DNA of 64,000 bases from Acetobacteraceae bacterium (GCA_044358135.1 JBIKOJ010000002.1:10922-74921), one strand, 5' to 3'; counted from the first letter of the stretch, positions 45,549 to 55,701 are shown. Notes: a model not told the origin generated them from the letters alone. Program-made: numbers and translations.

Positions 45549-46558
45549 GCCGGCACCCCCGCCAGCGCGAAGCAGGCGGCCATGTGGCCAGCCTCCACCT
45601 CAAGGGCCGGCGGCACCGCGGTATCGCAGGTCCCGGGCATCACCTTCGGGCAGCGCGTGTGGAACACGCAGCCCGGGGGCCGTTCCAGCGGGCTCGGGAT
45701 ATCGCCCGCCACCGGTGTCAGCGGCGCATCGGGGTCGTCCACCTTCGGCAGGGCATTCAGCAGCCCGGCCGTATAGGGATGCGCCGGCCGGCGGATCACC
45801 TGGCGCACCGCCCCGGTTTCGGCCACGCGGCCCAGATACATCACCGCCACCCGGTCGGCCATCTGCGCGATCACGCCGAGATCGTGGGTGATGAACAGGA
45901 TCGCCATGCCGTATTCCGCCACCAGCCCGCGCATCAGGTCCAGCACCTGGGCCTGGATCGTCACGTCCAGCGCCGTGGTCGGCTCGTCCGCGATCAGCAG
46001 CCGCGGCCGGGTGGACAGCGCCATGGCGATCATCGCCCGCTGGCGCATGCCGCCGGAGAATTCGAAGGCGTATTGGTCAATCCGCGCCGCAGGGTCGGAG
46101 ATGCCCACCCGCGCCAGCATGTCGATGGCATGCGCGCGCGCCTGGCGCTTGGTGAGATCGGTATGGAGCAGCAACTGCTCCACCATCTGCGCGCCGACGG
46201 TCAACGCCGGGGCAAAGCTGGCCATCGGCTCCTGGAAGATCATCGAAACGCGCCCGCCGCGCACCACCATCATGTCGCGCGCACGCTTCAGCGCCAGCAC
46301 GTCGATCGCCCGCCCCTCGTCGTGCAGCACGATGCGGCTTTCCGGCGCATAGACGGTGTTGCCGGGGTTGAGCCGCATCAGCGCCTTGGCGGTAACGGAT
46401 TTGCCCGACCCGCTCTCCCCCACCAGCCCCAGCACCTCGCCGGGCGCGATGTCGAACGACACGCGGTCCACCGCGGTGATCAGCCCCTCATCGGTGCGGA
46501 AGCGGATGGAAAGGTCCTGCACGGAGAGCAGCGGCGTCTCTGGAAGCGGGGGGGCCAT
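45545..46558 (-). CDS. Peptide/nickel-type ABC transporter ATP-binding protein (DppD/OppD-like)
   Basis: ATG 46558 overlaps the permease stop. GESGSGKSV, FSGGMRQR, LIADEPTTALD, CVFHTRCP. Confidence 0.92.
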   Translation of the reverse strand: MAPPLPETPLLSVQDLSIRFRTDEGLITAVDRVSFDIAPGEVLGLVGESGSGKSVTAKALMRLNPGNTVYAPESRIVLHDEGRAIDVLALKRARDMMVVRGGRVSMIFQEPMASFAPALTVGAQMVEQLLLHTDLTKRQARAHAIDMLARVGISDPAARIDQYAFEFSGGMRQRAMIAMALSTRPRLLIADEPTTALDVTIQAQVLDLMRGLVAEYGMAILFITHDLGVIAQMADRVAVMYLGRVAETGAVRQVIRRPAHPYTAGLLNALPKVDDPDAPLTPVAGDIPSPLERPPGCVFHTRCPKVMPGTCDTAVPPALEVEAGHMAACFALAGVPA

Positions 46559-47736
46559 CAACGGTGGTCCGAATAGGGGTCGGCAGCATCGCGCAGCCCG
46601 TCGCCCACGAAGACGAAGGCGAGCACCAGCACCACGAAGAAGATCACCGGGATGAAATACCACTGGTAGTTCAGCAGCACGTCCGCACTCGTCACGTTCT
46701 GCAGCATCACGCCCAGCGAGTTCACCGGGTCCTTCAGCCCCAGCCCGATGAAGCTCAGCGCGGTTTCCGACAGCACCATGTAGGGGAACGAGATCACGAG
46801 ATCGACGATGATGTAGCTGGTGAAGCTCGGCAGCAGATGGCGCCGGATCACATGCCCGCCGCTGGCCCCGCACAGTTGCGCCGCCAGAACGTATTCCTGG
46901 TTGCGCTCCGTCAGCAGGTGGGTGCGCACCCGCCGCGCCAGGGTGGGCCAGCTGATCAGGCCCAGGATGGTGGCGATGAAGAAGAAGCGCCGCTCCGGCG
47001 ACCATTCCGCCGGCATGAAGGCGGCCAGTGCCATGAACAGCGGAATCGCCGGAATGGTGCGCACCGCGTCGGTGGCCATCTGCAACGCGCTGTCGATCCA
47101 TCCGCCGCGATAGCCGGAGATGCCGCCGATCACCAGCGCCAGAACGAAGCCGATCAGCACCCCGATCGTGCCCACCGCCAGCGAGGTCCAGATCGCATGC
47201 AGCGTGCGCGAGAAGATGTCCTTGCCGGCGCTGTCGGTGCCGAACAGGTGGATCGAGCCCTGGTCCACGCCGAACAGGTGCGTGGTGAACGGAATGCCCG
47301 GGATGTTCACCCGCATCTCCGTGCCGGGGATCTCGAAATCCAGCGACAGCAGCCGGTATTCCCAGCCCTGCACGAAGAACTGCACGTAGCGCCGCTTCTC
47401 CATGTTCACGGTGGTGACCCAGCGGAAATTGGTCTGGATCGAGCGCGTGCGCTCCAGCGTGTAGAGGAAGGGCCGCCAGGAACAGCCATTATGGTCGCAG
47501 AAGCGCGGGATCTGCGGCGCGCCGTTCATGTAGTCGCGGTTGCGGCCGTTGATGGTGGGGTCGTAGGGCGACAGCACCGGCGCGAACAGCCCCACCAGCA
47601 CCATGAAGGCCAGCACGGCGCCTGCCACCATGGCGGCGCGGTTGCGGCGGAAGCGCGCCCAGATCAGCTCGCCCTGGCTGGCGGTGAAATAGGCCTCGCG
47701 GGATTTGCGGTCCGGGGCCGCGGTGGCGGTGGCCAT
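46558..47736 (-). CDS. ABC transporter permease (DppC/OppC-like)
   Basis: Binding-protein-dependent transport inner-membrane pattern. Long N-terminal periplasmic loop. Confidence 0.9.
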   Translation of the reverse strand: MATATAAPDRKSREAYFTASQGELIWARFRRNRAAMVAGAVLAFMVLVGLFAPVLSPYDPTINGRNRDYMNGAPQIPRFCDHNGCSWRPFLYTLERTRSIQTNFRWVTTVNMEKRRYVQFFVQGWEYRLLSLDFEIPGTEMRVNIPGIPFTTHLFGVDQGSIHLFGTDSAGKDIFSRTLHAIWTSLAVGTIGVLIGFVLALVIGGISGYRGGWIDSALQMATDAVRTIPAIPLFMALAAFMPAEWSPERRFFFIATILGLISWPTLARRVRTHLLTERNQEYVLAAQLCGASGGHVIRRHLLPSFTSYIIVDLVISFPYMVLSETALSFIGLGLKDPVNSLGVMLQNVTSADVLLNYQWYFIPVIFFVVLVLAFVFVGDGLRDAADPYSDHR

Positions 47737-47739
47737 GCC

Positions 47740-48750
47740 CTAGCCCCCCATCACGCTGCGGCGCACGCGCGGATCGGCCAGCGCGAGCAGGATGTCGGTG
47801 AGGAAGTTCAGCGCCACGATGGAGCCCGTCAGCAGGAAGATGATGGCGCCGGCCAGCTGCTGGTCGTTCGATCGCGCCAGCGCCTCCAGCAGCAAGGCAC
47901 CGGATTCCGTCAGCACCAGGATCACCGCCACGATCGGCAGCTGGTTGAACACGCGGTTCAGGTCGAAACCCAGCGAGTTGATGATCGGCCCCAGCGCATG
48001 CCGCGCGGGATAGCGCCACAGCAGCGCCGCCCCGTGCACGCCACGCGCCCGCGCCGCCATCACATACAGCTTGCCGTACTCGTCCGACACCAGGGCGCGG
48101 ACGGACTGCATGGCGAACGCGGTGGCCGACCAGCCCAGGATGAACACCGGCAGCCAGGCGCGCGACAGGAAGTCCATCGCCTTGTCCCAACTCCACGGCG
48201 CATCGCGCATCTCGCGCGAGAACAGCCCGGTCATGGAATCGCCGAATACGATCGTGGAAACCAGCATGATCATCAGCGCCAGCAGGAAGTTCGGCAGCGC
48301 CAAGCCGAGATAAGACACCAGCCGCAGCACGTTGTTCAGCACCGGGCTGGAGGCGGTGGCGGAGAAGATGCCCACCGGCAGCGCGATGGCATAGGCGAAG
48401 ATCAGCGCGGCGGCGCAGATGCCCAGGCTCAGCAGGAACTTGTCACCCACCAGCTGGCTCACCCGCACGCGCAGGATGCAGGATTCGCCGAAATCGCCTT
48501 CGATGAACACATTGCCCACCCAACGCACCCAGCGCTCCACATAGGGCTTGTCGAGCCCCAGCCGCCGCTCCTCGGCGCGGATATCGGCGATGGTGATCTG
48601 CTCGCCCTGGGTGGTCTTGTAGGCAAGGTAGCGCTCGGCGCAGTTCGCCGGCACCAGCGCCATCAAGGAGAACACGATGAAGGAGACGGTCAGCAGGGTG
48701 ATCAGCGCCATGGCGGCGCGCATCACGGCAAAGCGCAGGAACAGGATCAT
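47740..48750 (-). CDS. ABC transporter permease (DppB/OppB-like)
   Basis: Likely ATG 48750 (MILFLRFAV...). The track ORF begins at 48774. C-terminal LLALADPRVR is typical of DppB-type permeases. Confidence 0.9.
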   Translation of the reverse strand: MILFLRFAVMRAAMALITLLTVSFIVFSLMALVPANCAERYLAYKTTQGEQITIADIRAEERRLGLDKPYVERWVRWVGNVFIEGDFGESCILRVRVSQLVGDKFLLSLGICAAALIFAYAIALPVGIFSATASSPVLNNVLRLVSYLGLALPNFLLALMIMLVSTIVFGDSMTGLFSREMRDAPWSWDKAMDFLSRAWLPVFILGWSATAFAMQSVRALVSDEYGKLYVMAARARGVHGAALLWRYPARHALGPIINSLGFDLNRVFNQLPIVAVILVLTESGALLLEALARSNDQQLAGAIIFLLTGSIVALNFLTDILLALADPRVRRSVMGG

Positions 48751-48826
48751 GGGATGAGGCGGGCCTCCGTCCACGCCCCCCGGTCACCCGCCGGGGGGCG
48801 GTTGGCCGGGGCGGCGCGGATGGCGG

Positions 48827-50890
48827 CTACTTCCCGTCCGACAGGAACCACTGCTGCGGCCGGTAGGGGTAGGTGCGGTAGTAGTCGGCCGACCAGGTCT
48901 TGAATTCCGGGAAATTCTTCACCCGGTTGCGGTGATACACCGGCGCCGGCGCCTGCACCGTGCCGATCCACAGCAGGCTCTCGGTCATCGTCTTGGCCAG
49001 GCGCGCGCCGAGGTCGCTGGCTTCCTTGCTGCCGGGGGCGGCGGACTGGAAGGCGGTGATGTCGGCCATCATCTGCTCCACGAAGGCCGGCGGCTTCTCG
49101 CCCTTGGCGCCGTTGGATTCCACGTATTCGGCCCAGAGCATGCCGATGCGCCCGCCGAAGTAGTTCTCGAACGGCGGCATGAACAGCTCGGCATTGCCCT
49201 GGATCAGCGCCAGCGGCTGGCCCTTCAGCCACGGCACCACATCAAGCTGATTGGCGGACTGGGCAGAGCGCAGCTCGTCCGGCGTGATCTCCTTGATGGT
49301 GGTGCGCACGCCCACCGCACTCCACTGCTGCGCCACCAGCTCGGCCACCTGGGCGGGCATGCCCTGGGTGGCGAACTGGATGTTCAGCGTGAAGCGCGCG
49401 CCGTTCGGCAACTCGCGCGCGCCGTCGTTGTCGCGGTCGCGCATGCCGATCTCGTCCAGCAGGCGGCGCGCCATGGCGGGGTCATGCTGGATCAGGTGGC
49501 CCTGCAGCGCCGCCGGCACGAAGGGCGGCAGCGGGCTGAACGCGGTGTACTGCCGCGGCTCGCCCAGGCCGAAGAAGGCCACCTCGTTGATCTCGGCCCG
49601 GTTGATCGCCACCGACATCGCCTGGCGGAAGCGCAGGTCGGCGAACAGCTTGCGCTTCTCGGGGTCCGGCGAGGTCACATTGAAGCCGAAGGTCGGCATG
49701 GCGATGGTGGGCCGCAGGTCCACGCTGTAATCGCCCTTCTGGCGATGCTCCAGCAGCATGGGTGCGGCCGGCAGCTGCACCGACTGGCTCTTGTAGTCGA
49801 ACTCCGCGTTGATCGCCTTCAGCAGGCGAACCTCGTTCTCCTTCACATAGTCCTCGCTGAACCGGCTGATATAGGGCAGCTGGTTGCCGGCGGTATCGAC
49901 CATGTGGAAATACGGGTTGGCCACGAAGCGCCGCCCGTCCGCCGTCTCGGTGATCGTGATGAAGGATTCCAGCGTCGGCGCAGTGGCCTTGGGCAGCCGC
50001 GCCACCTTGTCCGGATGCGACAGCATCGGGGTGGGCACGTCCTTCCAGTCCGAATTGGCGTAGTAGGCCGATACGGCGGCATAGGCATTGGCAAAGCCCA
50101 AAGACTTCGCCAGCGTCTCCGCATCCTTGTTGTGCCTGGGATGGAAGCGGCCGATGAACGCCACCGGCTGGAACGGCTGCGAGTAGTGGGAGGCGAAGAA
50201 GGCCAGCAGCCCCGGCTTGGGCGCCGGCAGCTTGAACTTCACCGTCTGGGCGTCGATCACCTCCACGGTCATCGCCTTGCCACCGACCAGGATGTAGTCC
50301 CGGGCCTTCTTCGTCACGTTCTCGTCGTGCATCAGGTCGTCGTGCCAGAACTTGATGTCCGCGGCCGTGAACGGCGTGCCGTCAGACCATTTGTGCCCGC
50401 GGCGCAGGAAGAAGGTCAGCTCGGTGAAATCCTTGTTCCACTCCCAGCCCTTGGCCACGTTCGGCACGATCGTCGCCAAATCGTCGGCATAGCGCACCAG
50501 GCTCACATGCCGGAACGACAGCAGGTCGGAGGTGCCAGCCTCCGGCGCCTCCGACAGGCCAACGAAGGTGCCGCCGTAGCGGCCGATCGACTCATACGGC
50601 ATCACCACCAGCGGCTCCGCCGGCAGCCGCTCGGCCAGCGGCGGCAGCGCGCCGTTGCCGGCGATCCGGGCATTGAGCTGCTCGATCTCGGGGTTGGCTT
50701 TGAAGGCCAGCTTGCAGTTGGCCGCCTTCTCGAATTCCGAAAGCTCGAATTGCTGCGGAAACGCCCCGCGCAGGCCACCGCTGCTGGCCACCGTCGCCGG
50801 CGGGCAGGCCCCCTGCGCCAAGGCGGAACCAGAAGCCAGGACATAGGCCAGGCCTGCAAACATCACGCGGGCCATCGTTCGTTCGGTCAT
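48827..50890 (-). CDS. ABC transporter substrate-binding protein, family 5 (peptide/nickel type), unusually long (~687 aa)
   Basis: ATG 50890 with a purine-rich SD. Signal peptide MFAGLAYVLASGSALAQG. Family-5 SBP-like body. Confidence 0.88.
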   Translation of the reverse strand: MTERTMARVMFAGLAYVLASGSALAQGACPPATVASSGGLRGAFPQQFELSEFEKAANCKLAFKANPEIEQLNARIAGNGALPPLAERLPAEPLVVMPYESIGRYGGTFVGLSEAPEAGTSDLLSFRHVSLVRYADDLATIVPNVAKGWEWNKDFTELTFFLRRGHKWSDGTPFTAADIKFWHDDLMHDENVTKKARDYILVGGKAMTVEVIDAQTVKFKLPAPKPGLLAFFASHYSQPFQPVAFIGRFHPRHNKDAETLAKSLGFANAYAAVSAYYANSDWKDVPTPMLSHPDKVARLPKATAPTLESFITITETADGRRFVANPYFHMVDTAGNQLPYISRFSEDYVKENEVRLLKAINAEFDYKSQSVQLPAAPMLLEHRQKGDYSVDLRPTIAMPTFGFNVTSPDPEKRKLFADLRFRQAMSVAINRAEINEVAFFGLGEPRQYTAFSPLPPFVPAALQGHLIQHDPAMARRLLDEIGMRDRDNDGARELPNGARFTLNIQFATQGMPAQVAELVAQQWSAVGVRTTIKEITPDELRSAQSANQLDVVPWLKGQPLALIQGNAELFMPPFENYFGGRIGMLWAEYVESNGAKGEKPPAFVEQMMADITAFQSAAPGSKEASDLGARLAKTMTESLLWIGTVQAPAPVYHRNRVKNFPEFKTWSADYYRTYPYRPQQWFLSDGK

Positions 50891-51099
50891 GAGCCACCCT
50901 TCCCCTTGCGCCGGACGCGGGTCGTCGCGCCAACACCTGCTGCGGGCCGTATGAAGTGCCTCTACCCCGGTCCTGCGCGGCATCTTTGCGCCGTCTGTCG
51001 TCAAGATGCAGGACCTGCAACGAGAATAGGGTGACAGTTTTGCGATTGTCGATTGGTTTCTTCACCAACCGCCAGCGCCACCGCCACGAACGACAGCAG

Positions 51100-52335
51100 C
51101 TAGGGCCGGCCCGGCAGCAGATCCCGCAGCATGATGTCAAACGCATATGTGGCGGCGTAGTCGTGCACCAGGAACAGCGTCACATCCGGCCGGTACTCCT
51201 CCAGCAGCGCCCGGCGCAACCGGGCACGCTGTTCGCCGGAAAGCTGCGGCAGGTTGTTCAGCGACACCTGCACCACCTCCCTGAAATACGGGGTAAAGCC
51301 CGCGGCCACGAAGGCGCCGAAACTGTCGGTCAGCAACAGCAACCGCCCCTCCTGGCCCGGTCCTTCGTAGCGGGCAAGCTCATCCATCAGCACCGCGGCC
51401 TCCGCCCCCAACGCCGCCTCGAAGCATCTCGGGCCGAGGCACGTTGCCACCCCGGCCCGCCCCTCGTCGGCCTCGGTTACGTCAACCGAAAGCCGCAGGC
51501 CGGGATAGAACCCCTTGAGGTCGGAACGCTTGCGCACCACCCGCGTCGGCAGGATGAACCCCGCCCGGCGCCCCAGCTGCGTCTCGGCCATCCACGCGGC
51601 AGCCCGCAGCGGGCCGATGCCGTCCCAATGGAAATTATACCGCGGAATCGCCGGCGTCGCCGGGTCCAGCGCCGCCAGCACCGGGCGCAGGTTCAGCACG
51701 CGCGGCGGCATCGCAGCCGGCAAGGCGGCGGTGATGCCCTCGATCAGCGGCGTGGCAGACCGGCACTGGCGCTCCAGCCAGGCTGGCAGCTGCGACGGAT
51801 AGAGCACCGAGGCACTCGGTACCAGAACCGCCATGCTCCTGCCGGCACCGGCCGCATCGCTGCGTTCCAGCACCGCGGCGAGTGCTGCGGCAATCTGCGC
51901 CGTCTGCCCCGCCGGCACCCCGGCGCCACAGGCCACCCGGATCAGGCTGTTGCGGTAGCGCTCCCGCGCATCATGGGAGGCAAGGAAAATCCGGCCCTCC
52001 CGCCCCATCAGGATCTGCGGCGAGGTGAAGGCCCGAAAAACCTGGAACTGCACCTGGTCCAGCGCATCGAGGGCACGGTTGCGGAACCCGAAATGGTCCC
52101 GCAACCAGGCATCCATCCCCGCCGTCCAGGCCGGCAGCCCGCCGATCGATGCCGGCCAGGCCGGCCGAGCAGCCGGCGCCCGGTTCTCGCCCCGCCGCGG
52201 CTCGCTACGCACGGCGAACTGCACAATCATCGGCGCGGCCAGGATCACCAGCGCCGCCAGAACGAACAGGCGCTGCAGCCACGCGCCCACACGATGGTCC
52301 CGCCTGCGGGCAGAGTCTTGAGGTGCCGCGCGCAT
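51100..52335 (-). CDS. AlgX/AlgJ-like SGNH-type protein (polysaccharide O-acetylation partner)
   Basis: N-terminal anchor. The NFHWDGIG motif resembles the DxHW motif of AlgJ/AlgX. Immediately downstream of an MBOAT gene. Confidence 0.65.
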   Translation of the reverse strand: MRAAPQDSARRRDHRVGAWLQRLFVLAALVILAAPMIVQFAVRSEPRRGENRAPAARPAWPASIGGLPAWTAGMDAWLRDHFGFRNRALDALDQVQFQVFRAFTSPQILMGREGRIFLASHDARERYRNSLIRVACGAGVPAGQTAQIAAALAAVLERSDAAGAGRSMAVLVPSASVLYPSQLPAWLERQCRSATPLIEGITAALPAAMPPRVLNLRPVLAALDPATPAIPRYNFHWDGIGPLRAAAWMAETQLGRRAGFILPTRVVRKRSDLKGFYPGLRLSVDVTEADEGRAGVATCLGPRCFEAALGAEAAVLMDELARYEGPGQEGRLLLLTDSFGAFVAAGFTPYFREVVQVSLNNLPQLSGEQRARLRRALLEEYRPDVTLFLVHDYAATYAFDIMLRDLLPGRP

Positions 52336-52345
52336 CGCCCCGCCC

Positions 52346-53764
52346 TCAGAACCGATAGTAGATGAAGGGGCTGTAGGTCGTGCCGCTCACCACCGCCAAG
52401 GCCAGCAGGAACAACGCCAGAAACCCCGCATACACCGCCGCATCGCGCCCGGCCTGCCACGCAACGCCACCGCCCGGGCGCACCACCCAGCCCCGCCCCT
52501 TCGGCATCGCGCAGGCCGACAGCACCGCGCCCGCCACCAGCGCCGCCGCCACCCTGATATCCAGGAACGCCGCCACCGGTGCCTCCACGCCGCCGCCCTC
52601 GCCCAGCCCCACCATTGCCGCATAGAAATGCCCGGCCTGCGCCAGCGTCTCCGCCCGGAACAGCACCCAGCCCAGCACCACCATCAGCATCAGGTAGCCA
52701 TGCCGCAGCGGCCGCCACAGCCGCGCCACCACGTCCCCCAGCCCGGCCCGCTCGGCGATCAGCAACGCCCCGTGCCACAGCCCCCAGGCCAGGAACGTCC
52801 AGCTCGCGCCATGCCAGAACCCGCACAGCACGAACACCAGCAGCAGGTTGCGGAACGTCGCCGCCGCCGAGCCCCGGTTGCCGCCCAGCGGAATATACAG
52901 ATAGTCCCGGAACCACCCGGAAAGGCTCATGTGCCAGCGCCGCCAGAACTCCGTCACCGATTGCGCGATGTACGGCCGGTTGAAATTCGCCGGGAACCGG
53001 AAGCCCAGCATATGCGCCAGCCCGATCGCCATGTTCGAATAGCCGGCGAAGTCGAACAGGATCTGCACCGTATAGCAGCCCGCCCCCAACCAGGCGGTCG
53101 CCAGGGTCAGCTCCCCCGCCGGCAGCGCGAAGATCCGGTCCGCCGGCAGCGCCACGGTGTCCGCCACCAGCACCTTCTGCGCCAGCCCCAGAATGAACAC
53201 CTGCAACCCCACCCGGAACCGCAGCATCGAAACCCGCCGCCCCGCGATCCGCCCCGCGATCATCCGATAGCGCACGATGGGCCCGGCGATCAGCTGCGGA
53301 AACATCGCCTTGTACATCCCGAACGCCACCAGGCTGCGCTGCGGCACCACATCCCCGCGCCAGATGTCGATCAGGTAGGAGATGCCCTGGAACGTGAAGA
53401 ACGAGATGCCAAGCGGCAGCCCGATCTCCGGCACCGGCACCGCCGGCAACCCCAGCAGCCCGCCCGCCACGTTCACCTGCGCCCCCACGAAGCCGGCATA
53501 CTTGAACACCAGCAGCAGCCCGAGATTGGCCCCGATCCCAAGCACGGCAACAGCCCCCCTGCGCCGCGGATCGGCCATCGCCAGCCCCGCCGCCCAGTTC
53601 ACCACGATGTACACCAGCAAAATCGGCAGGTGGGCCAGGTCGCCCCAGGCATAGAAGGCCAGGCTGGCCAGCAACAGCACCGCATTGCGCCACGGCAACA
53701 CGAAGTAAAGCAGCAGCACCACCGGCAGAAAGTAGAACAGGAAGGTGATCGAGCTGAAAACCAT
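52346..53764 (-). CDS. MBOAT family O-acyltransferase (AlgI-like)
   Basis: ATG 53764 (MVFSSITFLFYFLP). Motif FWRRWHMSLSGWFRDYLYIPLGGNR, conserved His in GFWHGASW. Confidence 0.9.
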   Translation of the reverse strand: MVFSSITFLFYFLPVVLLLYFVLPWRNAVLLLASLAFYAWGDLAHLPILLVYIVVNWAAGLAMADPRRRGAVAVLGIGANLGLLLVFKYAGFVGAQVNVAGGLLGLPAVPVPEIGLPLGISFFTFQGISYLIDIWRGDVVPQRSLVAFGMYKAMFPQLIAGPIVRYRMIAGRIAGRRVSMLRFRVGLQVFILGLAQKVLVADTVALPADRIFALPAGELTLATAWLGAGCYTVQILFDFAGYSNMAIGLAHMLGFRFPANFNRPYIAQSVTEFWRRWHMSLSGWFRDYLYIPLGGNRGSAAATFRNLLLVFVLCGFWHGASWTFLAWGLWHGALLIAERAGLGDVVARLWRPLRHGYLMLMVVLGWVLFRAETLAQAGHFYAAMVGLGEGGGVEAPVAAFLDIRVAAALVAGAVLSACAMPKGRGWVVRPGGGVAWQAGRDAAVYAGFLALFLLALAVVSGTTYSPFIYYRF

Positions 53765-53918
53765 CGGAAACGCCAGCCATGCCTGCCAAGGCCATAAACC
53801 AGCACCGCCAGCCTGTATACCAACGTATTCACCCGCCGCCGCCCCGCCGTTGACCGGCCGCACCACCTATGGCCTGCTCCCCCGAGCAAGCAGTGCCAAC
53901 GGCACCAGCGGAGGAAGC

Positions 53919-55565
53919 ATGTCCCAGGCAGCAGCGCGCGGCACCGTGCCCGATGCAACAGACGTGGTGGTGGTCGGCGCAGGCTTCGCCGGCCTCTATA
54001 TGCTGCACCGCCTGCGCAACCAGGGCCTGTCGGCCATCGCCTTCGAAGCCGGCGAGGATGTCGGCGGCACCTGGTACTGGAACCGCTACCCCGGCGCCCG
54101 CTGCGACGTCGAAAGCGTCCAGTATTCCTACGGCTTCTCCAACGAGATCCAGCAGGAATGGCACTGGCCGGAACTCTACTCCGCCCAGCCGGACATCCTG
54201 CGCTACGCCCGCTTCGTCGCCGAAAAACTCGACCTCCGGCGAGACATCCGCTTCTCCACCCGCGTCACCGAAGCCCACTTCAACGAAACCACCCGCCGCT
54301 GGACCGTCCGCACCGACCAGGGCGACGAAGTCTCCGCCCGCTATTGCGTCATGGCCACCGGCTGCCTCTCCACCACCCAGCTCCCCGATTTCCCCGGCCT
54401 CGAAGGCTTCCGCGGCGCCACCTACCACACCGGCCACTGGCCGCACGGCGGCGTGGACTTCACCGGCCAGCGCGTCGCCGTCATCGGCACCGGCTCCTCG
54501 GCCATCCAGTCCATCCCCGAGATCGCCAAGCAGGCCGCCCACCTCACCATCTTCCAGCGCACCCCCAACTTCTCCCTGCCCTCCCGCAACGCCGCCATGC
54601 CCGCCGAGTACGAGCAGGACTGGAAAACCGACTACCCCGCCCGCCGCGCCGCCCAGCGCTGGACCATGAAGGGCGTCGTCGGCGCCCCCGCCGAGCGCTC
54701 CGCCCTCGAAGTCTCCGCCGAGGAACGCACAAGCGTCTTCGAGGAACGCTGGAAACTCGGCGGCGCCGCGCTGATGACCTCCTTCACCGACCTGCTCACG
54801 GTCAAGCAGGCCAACGACCACGTCGCCGAGTTCGTGCGCAGCAAGATCCGCCAGATGGTGCAAAACCCCGCCACGGCCGAAGCCCTGCTCCCCACCAGCT
54901 ACCCGATCGGCACCAAGCGCATCTGCATCGATTCCGCCTATTTCGAAACCTACAACCGCCCCAACGTCACCCTGGTCGATATCCGCACCACCGCGATCGA
55001 CCGCATCACCGAACACGGCGTGGTCGCCAACGGCACCGAACACGAAGTCGATGCCATCGTCTTCGCCACCGGCTTCGATGCCATGACCGGCACCCTCACC
55101 CGCATCAACATCCAGGGCCGCGGCGGCCAAACCCTGAAGCAGAAATGGGAGGCCGGCCCCCTCACCTACCTGGGCCTCATGACCGCCGGCTTCCCCAACC
55201 TCTTCATGGTCACCGGCCCCGGCAGCCCCTCCGTGCTCTCCAACATGATCGTCTCGATCGAGCAGCACGTGGAATGGATCAGCGATTGCCTCACCGCCGT
55301 CGCCACCCGCCAGGGCGACTGCATCGAAGCCACCCCCCAGGCCGAGCAGAACTGGGTGCAGCACGTGGCCGAAGCCGCCGACCGCACGCTCTTTCCGCTC
55401 GCCAACAGCTGGTACATGGGCGCCAACATCCCCGGCAAGCCACGCGTGATCCTGCCCTACGTCGCCGGCGTCGGCCCCTACCGCAAAATCTGCGACGAAA
55501 TCGTGGCCGACAACTACCGCGGCTTCAGCATCACCGGCGCAGAGGCACGGGCGGCGGCCGAATAG
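53919..55565 (+). CDS. Baeyer-Villiger (cyclohexanone-type) flavin monooxygenase
   Basis: GGAGGAAGC SD before ATG 53919. GAGFAG, BVMO fingerprint FRGATYHTGHWP, GTGSSA. Confidence 0.9.
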   Translation: MSQAAARGTVPDATDVVVVGAGFAGLYMLHRLRNQGLSAIAFEAGEDVGGTWYWNRYPGARCDVESVQYSYGFSNEIQQEWHWPELYSAQPDILRYARFVAEKLDLRRDIRFSTRVTEAHFNETTRRWTVRTDQGDEVSARYCVMATGCLSTTQLPDFPGLEGFRGATYHTGHWPHGGVDFTGQRVAVIGTGSSAIQSIPEIAKQAAHLTIFQRTPNFSLPSRNAAMPAEYEQDWKTDYPARRAAQRWTMKGVVGAPAERSALEVSAEERTSVFEERWKLGGAALMTSFTDLLTVKQANDHVAEFVRSKIRQMVQNPATAEALLPTSYPIGTKRICIDSAYFETYNRPNVTLVDIRTTAIDRITEHGVVANGTEHEVDAIVFATGFDAMTGTLTRINIQGRGGQTLKQKWEAGPLTYLGLMTAGFPNLFMVTGPGSPSVLSNMIVSIEQHVEWISDCLTAVATRQGDCIEATPQAEQNWVQHVAEAADRTLFPLANSWYMGANIPGKPRVILPYVAGVGPYRKICDEIVADNYRGFSITGAEARAAAE

Positions 55566-55701
55566 GAAGAGTCTTCTTTTTTCTGAAGAAAAAAGAAGCA
55601 AAAAAGACTTCCTGACCTTGCGCGCGTGCCGGCCACCCAGCACGCGTGCAAGGTCATAAAAGTTTTTTGGTTCTTTTTTTCAAAAATGAACCGCTTGCCT
55701 T
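55566..55701 (+). repeat. Composite intergenic element, copy E6
   Basis: A hairpin, 17-bp central stem TGACCTTGCGCGCGTGC...GCACGCGTGCAAGGTCA (1 mismatch), B-variant GGTTCTTTTTTTCAAAAATGAACC. Bounded by the TAG and TAA of the convergent genes. Confidence 0.9.

Noticed and set aside
51020-51050. CTGTCAC half-site (minus strand, rc of 51031-51037) upstream of the phosphonate operon, as a Pho box
   Set aside because: Only one 7-mer matches. The expected partner repeat 11 nt upstream matches 3 of 7 positions, and the spacing to any -10-like hexamer is wrong.
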